From Albugo candida (taxonomy: Eukaryota): a stretch of DNA of 40,046 nucleotides. The notes under the pieces are model-generated. The model was not told the DNA's origin. It saw only the letters and a program-made list of their open reading frames with translations, and made no database searches. Position numbers and translations under genes: made by a program. The DNA lies in the NCBI GenBank assembly GCA_040437565.1, contig JBDOQK010000093.1:1-40046 (forward strand), written 5' to 3'. Below are positions 25,122 to 37,760 of the stretch, one piece after another; within the stretch, counting starts at the first letter, position 1, and every line of letters starts with the position of its first letter.

Positions 25122-28100
25122 TTAAAAAATCTGTCCAGTGCTATTGAATAAATTAACTCCCCTCAGTAGCGCTAATTTTGCAAACTTGTACAGTTTTTGC
25201 TCCGTGTTGTACTGATACTGAACTTTAACAGCCATAAACCGCGTTATTGAATTGAAGCCGGCAGGTAAAGGCAAAAGGCAAAGGAACAAGTAAACTCGTT
25301 GTGACATTTGATGCTGAGAACAGAGCGTGTGTACACCTTCCTCATCATATTACCATACATACAATCGCTAAAATTAACTGTCGGGTCTGTCTTTTGGGTT
25401 TCCACAAGCGAAAGCAAAGACAAAATCGTCTCGGGCTGAATATGCAGGAATACAAAGATGAAAAATAGCAATTGGCGCGGCGCAAAGAGGTTTTTACATT
25501 TACAAGGTTTTTTCTGTTTGTTCGAGCTGACCTTCATTCTGCTCTGATTTCATAGAAACGAATCAATCAGGTGCGCATTTCAAGGAAGGTGTGCGGTAAC
25601 CAAAATGATACCGTTTTAACGTGCAACTCGCTGATAAGCGCGCCGTAGGTCGTCCAATTCGAGGAGTCACACTCAAAATATCACTTTCCGAGTGTCGTGA
25701 CTGTGGTGACGTCGTTGGATGCGATCCCAAGTGACCACGATGAGCTAGATTGACAAGATCTGAAAGATTTGGCTGCGATCAAAAAAAGAAAAGGGGTTTA
25801 ACGCAGAATGTGTCACTCTTCCAGCAAATCTAATTTAAACGGCGCGGAATCGCGCTCCCGTCCGAAAGAGTCAAATCGAAGGAAGCACGTAAAAATCAGA
25901 ATTATGCGAGTAAAAAGGGCACAAAATTCGATCCACGATGCCGTTTTGATGATTACAGAAAAACAAATGCACAAAGAAATTACAAAGGATTTGAATTTCT
26001 CGCAAACAGAAATCGAAAGCGTTGAAAACCATGGCGCCAGAATATTAACTCAAATACATGAAACGCTTTGGTATAGGCCATTTGGAACAGAGGATAGGTC
26101 CATGCGCCGTCGCTGTATTTGGAATCTGCGCCACAAGCAGTTGTATGTCTCAATCCTGACCTAAAGCATTGAATTTGTTCTCTAAGGGAGGCGTTTGAAA
26201 AGCGGGATATTGAGAGCTTTGATCGTCCAAGACTTGAAAAAGCTGGCAAAGCTGTATCCACAGGACGCTGCAGATATACACTTTGCATGATCCATTGGGC
26301 ATTCACGATTGAAATATTCCATTCTTTGGCTTTGTCGTATTCCATTGCAAAAAGATTCAATAAAATAAGATGGGTATTGCATCTGATCAATTCTCTGGTG
26401 AAATGTTGCACCCATAAGCTCCAAGAGTTGTAGGATGACCACACGATCCACGCCGACGTGGACGAAGACGGTGGAAGATACTTTTTTGTAGCAATCTAAT
26501 GGATGTGATGCCGCTATAATGGATCGGAAGGACGCTCTTAAAGTTTCATTTGAGTTAAAATCATGGAGAAAGAGCTCATGACATCGACGTGAAAACAGGT
26601 TCCGTTCCAACAAGCACCAACAATGCCAAATGTCGGAAATAAAGTGGAGTCGAGCTCTGTACATGACTTGCTGTGATACGCATCAACACTAGACTCCAGT
26701 TCTTGCACGATTGCTGACGATATTGACGCTTCCTTACAGATAAAAATGTGTGTGACAAACTCAAACTGAAGAAATGATAGACTCGACGCATACCGATGAT
26801 TGATTGCGAATGCTTGGACACCGGGATCTCTTCCTATCGATGAATAAATTTTGGGATTTGTGATTGACTGGTATCTACACACAAAGACAACAATACGGAT
26901 TCCGGTTTGAATAGTGGCTTTACATCTATCTCAAGACTTTTATTCGTACCCTGAACGACACCATAAGCGAGTGCAGGAAAGGATGGATAGGTTGCTGGAG
27001 TATCGTTTGGTCCAGCTAGCGTGCAAGAAAAGTCTTGTTCCAGCTTTATTGAATCTCGAAGCAATGATTCGATCACCCACTCTGCAGAGACGCAATTCAA
27101 CGTAGGGTAGCCCGTTTGTAACGACTTTGATTGGTGCATCATGCTCTTGTCAAGATGCTCAAGTGTGGGAATCACAATAGATGCAAAACACGTTCAGGAC
27201 CCCAATCGTAATGCACCGTTCCCATTCCGATGCGTATCAATTGCAGCAACAAGACTCTTTTCTCGGTCATGAATCCAACCAAGTGGAACGTGCAAACATC
27301 GAATAGCTCCAAGTAATCATCCACTCTCGATTCCATGATCCGAACAAGTACACATTTCAAAAATTCAGTCGCGGGGTTGATCGAGTTTGCTGTACAGTTG
27401 GCTTGGCTTGTAAACTTTTTCCAACGCATACGCGGCCATCAAGAGCATACCTACACATACATCAGACAAGGAAGGAACATTACAAATACGTACGATTTGC
27501 TTGGATGGAGTCATGAAGCCACGAAATATGAAAGATCGGAATCTGATTCTGTAAAGCTGTCTCATACCTGATACCAATGGCGCCTGTGCGATGACAAGAT
27601 TTGTTTTTCCGACTTCCAGATTGGCATCATACACAGCTTTATGTTGTTTGCCCGATGGTTGGACTTCATCCCACTAAAACAGCAAAGGCCCTTTGTAGTG
27701 AGTGTCAAGCCTTTCAAAAGCCCAAGACCGTACATTGCGGTATCGTGTAAATTTGACGCTGGTCCAGATCGTGTCGGCATGGTCGCGTAGCGGTACTTTA
27801 CATAGCAAGTGCTGTCGTCTGGTGTCCCCGAAACAATTCTATACAACCCAATTTTCACCATATGAGCCATGAACAATTTACATTGTAAATTCCCAACGTG
27901 TTCAGACGAGTTCTTTGAAGTTCGAAGCGATGGCCTCTTTGGAATGCTTTGTGATAAACTCCTCGCTCACTGCGTAATCGTATGTCATATGGAGAAAGAG
28001 AAAGTGAGTCAAAGCTTTGGCATTACAAATCGCAAATGCGTACCCCGATGAGCTGATGGACGCAAGTAACGTTCCTCTCACAAAGCCGATGCGCTCGGAC

Positions 28101-28326
28101 ACAGCGATCAAGTTCCGTTGTACAAAGTATGAAACCAAACAGGTACATTCCGAGCCTCTTTTTACCTCACATGATGAGTATCTACCAACTTGATGTCATC
28201 ATTCCGGGAAGGAATCCAATCGAGGTCGTATACGTACGATGGTCGCCTTCGAATGGGATCACTGAGACCTTCTAGGAGACGAATTCGGGGCTTTAAAAAA
28301 TCGTTCACTTCGTCAGAATGTCTCAT
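25122..28326 (-). pseudogene. Multi-BRCT protein pseudogene, TOPBP1/Rad4-like
   Basis: Several BRCT-like modules: LFGFILCTTEL, LKGLTLTTKGL..GKTNLVIA, FDVCTFHLVGF..LLQLIRIGMGTVHY, CVSAEWVIESL and THLILLNLFAMEYDKAKEWNISIVNAQWIMQSV. Possible ATG at 28326. Many disruptions. Confidence 0.7.
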
Positions 28327-30199
28327 ATGTACTCCTTCCCAACTTTATTGATGATGTAGAAGAGTCAGTTATGTAATTTATTCACGTAAAAGTGGATTAT
28401 GTGATAATCTAATGATGTTCTTTTACTGATCAAACTGCCTTTTTCAACAATTCAGTGGAAAAAGAGTAATTTATACAGTATACAGTGTATTTTATCAATT
28501 ACAATGGTAGGTGAGTGCAACACTTGCAGCTTTTACAGTTTACTGATCCAAAATGCTAACTTTGATTGATTACGAGGTATGCACTCTGTGACTTCTGATG
28601 ACTGCAAATTTTCTATTATTTTAGATAGTGTGACCCCTTATGCCACATTTTTCTAGGTCAACACACGATGCCTCCACCTTTTCCTCCGCGTTCGCCAACT
28701 CATTCCAGCTTATGGCGTTTTTTCTACAAATTACGCAGCAGTCTACTCGACAATTCGACATTTGGCTTTATGATACCAATGGAGGCCTACCAGGCACCAA
28801 AGAGCAGAAGAAGGCTGCGACCGCCCCATGTACATCGAATACTCTTTTCTCGAACATGTCAAAATTTACCGTTTCGCCTGTGAACTGTATATAAAGAGTT
28901 TTCAACACCTCAAAAACCTTTTTTACGAAATAAAAAACTATAAGAAGTTCTTTCAGCGATCCAAGGAGTTCAGTCACAAGCACACTCAAATCTTGATTTT
29001 CTTCACTCGGAGTATCAAAAAAGCGGAAAGCTTTCGAATAATATGACTTATATCACGGAAACCGGAAAATCAAATCGTAAACTTCTCGAACAAGAACTGG
29101 AATATTCAAACCTAAAGTCTTATTTTAAGTACACAAATCGAGGATCATCAAAGTCGACTGAATCCAATCGCAAGTCTAAAACACAACATTGGTACACTAA
29201 AACATGCCGCAGAAGAAGGAACGACCGAAGCAATGAAAATGGAGGAAAAGGATCTCTTATCGTTGTAAGAAACTGCACAACGTTGGATTGCCGATACGCT
29301 ACTGGTGGCACATTCGGTGCTAATGGCATTCATCGATGGATACCGAATTGAAAAGAAAAAGAAAATAGAACGGAACGATTCCATTCTCGTCACATCTGCC
29401 AAAGAAACCGTAAAAGATTATCCTCATGTTGTCAAGGAGCAGCTGACGTTTTTGGAACAGAATAAAGAATTGAAATCAGCCAGGACCAAAATAATTACAA
29501 CATCGTATTGTATTTACAAATATGTCACAAAACATTTTCCATCCACAATTCTGATTCTGATACCTTATGCACCGATTGTGTGGTTCGGAAATGGCTTTAC
29601 GCGATGCGATTTTTGTTCGATGAGATAGTTTCAAGTGTTTTGACGTATTTCAGCAAGCATACGGAGACGAAGAGAAGGTGCATGGTGGCGATGAACCTCT
29701 CATCCGGAAGATGATAGAGTTGATGAACTCGAGACATCGCGATTCAGGACAGCATCACTGGAGTCGAGATGCTGACTCCATGCGAATGATGGAATTGTGT
29801 GCTCGGATATATTCATCGAAAATCCATGTATGCTCTCTACTCGGTGATGCTGAGCACAATGCGCGTGTGTATGGCGTGAAAGAACCATCGATGGTCGTAT
29901 TGTATCGAGGAGATATTTGGAGAGCGGTGGTGATAGAACGTGACGATGCTTTTGATACCGCGACGCTGGATCGATATATGTGATGTGTGATCTCTCTCGT
30001 TCATTCAAAAAATTCGCAGTTGAGATCGTTCACACGATACAATGGAATATGTGTGAGGAGAATCACTTTCTGATTCGTATTCTTCCTTTCCAATTCGCGA
30101 CGCAAATCATTCCGAAAACTACATTCAGATTTCACCTTCCGATACGTTGAAACAGTGCCAATTTCCTTACCGTTGTGTTTGTATTGTAGCGTTATTTCC

Positions 30200-33100
30200 A
30201 GTGCACATTTGGATACAAAGCGATGGTATGCAACACAACAAAAGAAGCGCCATTCGCAAGATACATCGAATCACAAACTCCGAAAGCGTTCTCATACCGC
30301 ATCCGCTCCGAAACGCATGTCGTGATTTCCCATATATCCATCAGCGCTGTCAATCGATCACTCACACTTTATTTCGTACCACAAAAAGCATCTTCCTTCA
30401 AACTTGCGAGAAAATCCAGGAAAAGCGCCTCACCGAACTCTGCTCCCATCACAAATCGATCATTCCATCAAACGCACTCACAACCTCATAGACAAGTTGT
30501 TGTGTCGGGAATCCTCCTTCATCCAAATGATCGCCCAACACAACGAGTACTGCTGGACGGTGGATATGAAGCGCTGTCGTCACCGAAATGAATATCTACA
30601 TTCGAGTCTCGCCTTACGCCTTTGTATCGACTCATCTGCCAGTCAGACCACTGTACATTGCGTCGTCTGTGCCCCAGCAAATGAAAGTCGCTCAACACCA
30701 ACGCGCATGTGGAGTCTTGATTCTTGGCAAAATAGATCGCATTGCACAGGAGCTTCAGGAAGAGCGCCTGTACGCCTCCGAGGCCGTTTTGAATTGCACG
30801 AGTTGCGCGGAATCGAGTGGAGATGGAGACAGCCTGAGCTCTTCTGTCGGGTTGGATGCGCTTTGCGTCGATACGTCGAGGCTACATGACGACATTGCGT
30901 CCTCCACGAGGTCCTATCGCTCTCCAACACGAATGTATAGCCTTAGGAATGGAAACACAGCTCTTGAAAGCTGTATGTTCGCGTGTGATGCATTACAAAG
31001 CGCTCATGTATCCGAAAAATGAAATGGTGATTGAGATGAACGCATCAAAACAAATCAAACGCTAGTGGAGCCTCCATCGCAAAGGCAGGCGCTGAATACG
31101 CTCGAATTCACTCGTAGCTGTCTATCGTGCGGATCATTCACAAGGAGCCAATATGTGAAGCGCTCATCCACCACGGCGTTTGGAGAGAGGACGAGATCGT
31201 TCCTACGACGTGCTGTTCGCCATTATCAAATGGAATATGTCTTTCTTCTCATAGACGTGTTCTTCTTTTTGGTCGACTCGCTGAGAAACTCTATTGAGCG
31301 TCAGACCTTCCAATTGAACGATTCCGATTTCGTGGCGAAGCAACCGAAGGCACAGACTTTGATCCCAACCATTCGCATTTTGGAACGCATTTGTTGCATC
31401 GCGTACCTGAGGAATGGAGTCGTTCGAGTCCCAACGTCCATGCGCGTGTGCATCAAAGCACATGTTCTCTCTTGCTACTTCCGTTCACGCAATCTCCTGC
31501 TCCGATCGTACTCACAATGATGGCTTCTTTGCATGTGGAAAAAGACCTCAAGATGCATTGGTTCCAACGATGGCTTTGTCGATCACCATACTGTCAACAA
31601 ATTGGCGGTAGCGCGCGAGCATCAGGATTTTGGAATGCCATTTGGTATCCAATGGACGTGTGTCAGCGGCTTGAGATGCTACAGCCTTCTTTCGGTTCAT
31701 TGGAAACGGTTGAAAGGAATGTGATGAGAGAGGTAGGAAGCTCTTTACTCTGTTTTCAAATTGTCAACACTGCTTCCGATTTTCCATCTGCTTGCGATTT
31801 TCGTCGAGAATTGGGTCGTCAGCGAGCGTATCGATCGATTCGAAGGACTCTTCATCGCTCGAATTTCAGACTTTGAGTGAGAATGATACGATATTTCATG
31901 TTTCCAGCGTATCGATTTCTGTGGTCAGTCGACGTTTTGTGAGCTCTTTGCGTGCGAAATATGCTTTGCTGTGGACAACGATACCAATGACGTTCTCCAT
32001 GGAATTGTGAAAACTCTGTTTGTGGTGCGAAATAGATCAAATCCCAAGTGGTAGCCTGAGGTTCCGTGTCGATCGCTCGCAGTCGTTGATGGAGCTCCTT
32101 GGAGACAGCGTTGCATCTCTTGTTATTCCTACGGCTGTAAGGAACCGCAACGTGATTGGGCCTTTACTTCCACTGTAAGTGACGCATACAAGTTGGAAAA
32201 AGACGTTATTAAGCGGTTTGATCGTTGCGTCTGCGAAGCATCCGACCTGCTAACTGTCGAAGACATTCGGTGGCTTCCATTCCGTCCAAACAAAGCACAA
32301 TCGTCCATGCTTTCGATCGTAATTTACAACCAAAAGCGACGTTTTCATCCATCAACATCTTGTGGCTGCTTGGTATCTCATCGCAGTAGAACATCCAACT
32401 TCACCTTTGACCGATTCGGATGTGCTGTCTGTTTTTGCAAACGCGTGGAAATGAACTATACAATCGGCAATTTGCGTTGCGGAGCATCCGCCGGTGCATA
32501 AATGGAACTCTGCTTTTTCTTCGTCAGAAATGCGTCCATTCTCCTCGAAAGCGAATGTTGCGACTGCTTCGAGAACGCATTGAAATGGTGCGACACCGAA
32601 TCGAACGATTCTTCAAAGCAGTAAGCCAAATGGACCAAATGTTTTATTAATAAGTGTCGCTCTTCCACCGCTTTCATGTTGGAAACATCAGACGATCCGT
32701 GCGCACTCTGACTCACTGGCGAATTGGCTACAGATGGACGGATGCTTGCCGTTGCTCTCATTTCAGCCGCTTTTCAATGCATTGTGGTCGATGGGAACTT
32801 TCTCAGAGCGCTTCACTAAAGTACATGCGATACTTTCGAGACTTTTAAAGCCTCTTGAAACGAGTCTCATGGTGCAATTTGGATGGAAAGAATGTCTGGC
32901 GTTTCTTTGGGTGAGAGGAGGAACGCATTCACTGCTCTTTTGTGTGTGCTTTCGAGAACATTGCTATCGCTTTGGGAGGATTGATCTCCGTCTTTCTTTG
33001 AACGATTCGTACGCGACGCCATCACCATTCATTTTGTGGAGCGTTCCTGTGCGTCATTCCATACCGGACAGAACGTCTACGTCCTTCGATGAAGACTGCG

Positions 33101-34450
33101 TTTCGCCGTGACGAATTGTGTTTTTGGATGTCATCGAATCGCAAGTCTCCTTAACACACTCGATCCGATCATGCTTCTCCAAGACCAAGGTCGTACTTGC
33201 TGCCACAGACTTGCAGATCGTCTACTGGTTGCTACATCAAAACGACAATAGAAAGGGAATCGATCAAATCAAGCCAATGATCAGGAACCAAAGGGTTTCG
33301 ATCCAATGCTGTAACCGACGTTGATGACGTATCTCCATTCCGCTCAAGCGGAAGGCTCCGTGTCGATGGAATCTGTTTGCGAGTACGTATGGGCACTTGT
33401 GACGGAAGTAGGAGACTCAGCATTGGATACAATCGATCTCAATCGTCTCGTATCGAATGTAATGATTGCAGTCGTAACGTGCGTAAAGCCTCCACACAAC
33501 ATGATCGAAAATTGCGATTTGGATGTGCATGTAGCGTCCAAGTATCCATGGGGCAAACGCATTTTGGCGAAGTTCTGTAGTCCAATTGATGTGGCAACGT
33601 CTTTGGAACGATTGATCTTCATGTGCTGAGCGAGTAGCACCGGATTGCTTCTGAGTAGCGATCGTGAGAATGACCACTTCCTTTGGAATGCGTTCAGTTG
33701 GAATGTTCGTCCACTACTGCACGCGATGGATCATTGGAGGCGAATAGGACACTATCCAAAGCGGTGGACTGGTTCGTTGTAGTAGAGGCGTCTCGAGTCA
33801 TTTTTTTGCCACTATTCGAATGCCATCTGAGAAACCATTTTGCAGGTTTTACAATCGATTGCGGCGTGCAATGGCTCTGTTTTGAATTGGATGCACGCTT
33901 GCGAAATCAAATGTTGTGGAGGTGTGTACCATGGTCGAATGTGGTCATGATGACGTTGCTTCTCGCGGTCTGCGGCCCGAATTTGAGACCGGTGTACTGC
34001 GTCTCCATTCAGTCTCATTCTCGACTTGTGAAGGTGTACATCTACGTCGCATTCATCTGAAGCATCGATGGCTGAGATACCCACCCAGCAACCGATACAT
34101 GCTCCTCAACGATCGAGTCCTTTCGGGTATCTTGAGCTTTTCAACCTCTCACTTGACTCGTTCGACTTGATTTAATGGCGAAAGCAAATCCTTCGATGGC
34201 AATCTCGACGTACGAAAGATGCTCCGATCTCTTTGCTCGATAGAATAGTACTTGCGCCTCCATAAACGTTGGAGTCTGCTAATGAAACGATACGACAAAG
34301 AGCCTTTCCGTTTGGAAAAATACACATTTTCACTCGTATTCCCTGCGACCAAATTCACACATTTCGTCTCAATCGAACTGAAAACGGCATTGCTCTCAAA
34401 GACATCCGTACGTCGACAATAGCGTCACAAACGTCTGAATGTATCGATTA
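30200..34450 (+). pseudogene. Unidentified degenerate coding-like region
   Basis: Higher-GC stretch with a chain of 100-160 aa + strand ORFs in alternating frames, as in the identified pseudogenes. No family recognised. Confidence 0.25.
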
Positions 34451-34748
34451 GACGATTCTCCGCAAAGATTAAAAGGCGAGACACTATGCAGCACAGTGTC
34501 GTTTCCTTTCGTTCCGTTGCCGAACAAGCGCTGGTTCAAGACACTATGAGTATCGATCGTATAAGAGAGATAGCATGCGTTCACTGTACCTGCTAACCTC
34601 ATTGTATATTCGACACGGAGTTCGCTTAAAGGAATATATCTATTTGAATTGTTTTTCGCATTATGTATAGAGCATTCTCGCGACGGGAGCGATGTTGTAC
34701 CAGACAAAATGCAAATGGATGAAATTTTGATTCTCATGTTGCGTCAGT

Positions 34749-34985
34749 AGCGGATAGACTTAATTCGACCAATGAAGAGGCCTTTGTAGACGGTTATGAG
34801 CCAATCAGCGTCCGTATAAATCTAATCAACAGCTTGATAGACTCAACCCGGCCAATGAAGAGGCCTTTGTAGCCCTTTATGAGCCAATCAGCGTCCATTT
34901 GAACAAATCACCAGCTTCAATGGACTTAATTGGACTAATAAAGTGGCCTTAGGAGCTGTTAAAAGCCAATCAACGTCCGGTTCAC
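34749..34985. repeat. Tandem repeat, 3 x 83 bp, CCAAT-rich
   Basis: CCAATGAAGAGGCCTTTGTAG occurs at 34769 and 34852, with the degenerate CTAATAAAGTGGCCTT at 34935. Each unit also has GCCAATCA(G/A)CGTCC. Confidence 0.88.
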
Positions 34986-34991
34986 TTTTAA

Positions 34992-35102
34992 AAATTATTC
35001 AGTATTGATTTGCTAGATTCAAAAGGTGGAAAAATTCGAGGTACCATGTTCAATGACGCAGTTGATAAATTATACGATGTTTTGCGTCCTGGTCAGGTGT
35101 TT
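34992..35102 (+). pseudogene. RPA1: Isolated fragment of replication protein A 70-kDa subunit (OB-fold A)
   Basis: KLFSIDLLDSKGGKIRGTMFNDAVDKLYDVLRPGQVF matches RPA70 GKLFS.DL.D..GEIRAT.FN..VDKF. Flanks are unrelated to RPA1. Confidence 0.85.
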
Positions 35103-35284
35103 CTCAGCATCTTTTGGTTGTCCTTTTTCTTCTTTTTGCTACTATTGCAGCATCCATATTCAAACTGTTACTTTCTCTCTACCATGACTACTTTCTAATC
35201 GCTGGTTGAAAATTGCAACTGTTTCCACCAGAGATTCTACAGCTGTTTGCTGACAAAAATTTCGACATACAATCTGTTGTTAAC

Positions 35285-37760
35285 CTCGATGGGATCCAGA
35301 GAATTATAATTTAGGGTAGATGTCGACCGGCATGTTCCGATACCCTCACTTCCATCCACCTGCACCATCGGAATCACCGAAGCATACCATTCTGGTCGAT
35401 GAATTGCCCGTCTTCATCAATGATGCTCAGTAAAAAATCATTCTAGGATCAAGGATCTTGTACGCAATTAACTCCAATTAGGAATAAATGTAACGAGTGC
35501 TAGCTGCATCATTCCTAGCAACGATCCGAGTACCGCCTTGTCCATTTGGAGAGAATGGGTTCGCATGATCAATCCCTGAGAAGTCTTGAGCTATATTGAT
35601 GATCGTTTCTTACAGATTTGCATCACTATAGTGATGCAAATCTGTAAGAAACGGTCGTCCACCACCATGACCCCCATCATGACCACCACCAATGCCACCT
35701 CCAAAACCACCACGACCTTCATGTCTATCGTCTTCTCTTCGAATCGCTTGTCTCTGCTCAAGTGTGCCCAGTACAGCATAGACCTTATGCAATTAATCCT
35801 ACGTACCTTGCGGTTGCATTTAAGCGAACAAAAGAGTACTCTGCGTTCTGATGGTTTGAATCCGTCCATTAGGAAAGGAATAGATTGCATAGTATCGGAC
35901 CTAGAGAACAAGATGACTTCTTTGTTCACAAATCTACAACGAAAACCTTTGGGTGAATAGTTAATATACTTTCAAGGTAGACGTAATCTAAGTAGGGCAT
36001 GCCATTGGTGGTATGATTTGCATTAGTGTCAGTTGCGAATCATCGCAACCAATTTTTTCGCTCTTCGACTCGCTTTTTGAAAAATGCCATGTTAATCGAG
36101 TCGCCAACTTCTTCATTTTATAGCTGATATCCATTGGAGGCGTCGGTAAATCGGGAAAATATGATTTCGCTTCTTCTGTTGTGAATGCCCGAGACCTTTA
36201 GAATACTTAATCCTACATCCTTGACCATTTTGGTGGCCAACCTACATGATTCATACGCTGGTTACGTGTAAAACAACCTGTCCATTCTTTCGTTTGCGCA
36301 GTTGACAATTGGAGTGATAAATTCGTGCATAAAGCCTAAATTTTAAGTAACGATGGCCAGAAATGATTTAATGAATTGATCGCAATGTGACTTCCATTGT
36401 GAACTTGATCAGCCATAATCATCAAATGCCCATAGCGTAGTGACTTTTTGACTGGTACACTTGAGCATATATTTCAGCCTAAGATTCTTTGCGATGGTTT
36501 GTGTACCTTAATTGTTGAGAGTGGCTAGCTTCACAAACCTTTAGGGAAGCTTTCTTTGCAGGGGACCTGAACGTAGCAATCTCTTCTAACGACGACCAGA
36601 CCCTCAATCGTCAGTTGTTCCGAGTATCCTTCCATTAGAATCAAAGTATAATTATCTTTATGTCTGTTCCAGCGTAATTCGCATCATCCAATTTTGTAAC
36701 TCCGGTTGATTTCGACTGAGGGCCATCTTTCCCTCCTTTCCTTGAATTTCTGCAGTTTGTTTCAGCTTTGCAAACGATAACACATACTACGCTGCTTCTT
36801 TATTCGAATTTACTTCATAAACTTGTCGCTCGGCGTATGTGTGTATCCGAACCTTTTAGGATGCGTTGCGAGGGCTTCTTTGATCTTCAACTTGTAGTGA
36901 CTTTTCAGTACAATTGAAATTAGTTGGATCAAACACTCAAGTGGGAATTGTACAACAAAGTATCGATCAATGCGCTGACGTGAAATGCCATTATATTTCA
37001 GTTATATTCTCCGCTTTTGCGATCTCTGCTGCCACGAGTGTGCTCACAGCTCGATCGGTAATATACGTTAGGAGTAGCCCTCCTCCAAGTGTGCACATAC
37101 CATTAACAAAACTATTTGCAGAAAGCCACCGTCACTGCATCCGCATCCAAATTGCCATCTTTCTGTAGCCTTGTCGAGTATCATGTCCTCTCTCGCGTTT
37201 TTTCTCGTATACAGGCTGATGTAATGGAAAATGACTTGAAGGTTATCTTTTCTACAATCAACTATGTGTCTCTGATTTCCACAAATTGTACCATTCTTTC
37301 TTTTGTTCGAGCAAAGATAAATATTATCATCGCGTCGGTGCAATTTGTAGCGTTTGGGGAATGTGATGCAGGTGAAATCTTGCTTGTTCCAGCTTATCAT
37401 AGCTGATAATTCTTTCTGGGTCATAGATCTAAGATGACTTGCTTGCAACGCTTCTTGACGTTGTTGTCTGCAGTCTCGGCGATACATTTAGTTGAGAAGA
37501 TATTTGGGAGTTTAGCTCCACGTTAGTTTCTTCTCCGTCAGTCATCTTCCTGTGGCCAAATTGCTTCCCGCCAATACATGTTCGAATATCAGATCTGAAG
37601 CGCAGACATGATATTCTTTTCTCTACCATAGGAATACATTTTACATTGTTCTATACCAATATTTCAGCAGCAGGGTTAATTGTGACTCTATGTAGATTCA
37701 TTGATGGATCGCGTTGCTTGTTATGGCAGCATTTACAATGACAACCTAACGTGCAACTGA
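35285..37760 (-). pseudogene. TOP2: DNA topoisomerase II pseudogene (ATPase, TOPRIM and start of breakage-reunion domain)
   Basis: Fragments in order: NKQRDPSM, DFTCITF, SFVNGMCTLGGG, TKLDDANYAG, YGHLMIMADQVHNGSHI, EFITPIV, IKYSKGLG, FVNKEVILFSRSDTMQSIPFLMDGFKPSERRVLF, ETIINIAQDF and AASTRYIYS (catalytic RY). Numerous stops and frameshifts; C-terminus absent. Confidence 0.95.
35604..35653. repeat. Perfect 50-bp palindrome with no spacer
   Basis: CGTTTCTTACAGATTTGCATCACTA|TAGTGATGCAAATCTGTAAGAAACG. Both strands translate to DDRFLQICITIVMQICKKRSS in the ORF track. Confidence 0.97.

Noticed and set aside
35654-35730. Fibrillarin or nucleolin GAR domain
   Set aside because: Low-complexity Gly-rich patch only, with no adjoining diagnostic domain.
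9180-37760. Alternative genetic code or RNA editing rescuing the broken genes
   Set aside because: All three stop types occur together with frameshifts, truncations and non-conservative changes at invariant residues, which fits neutral decay.
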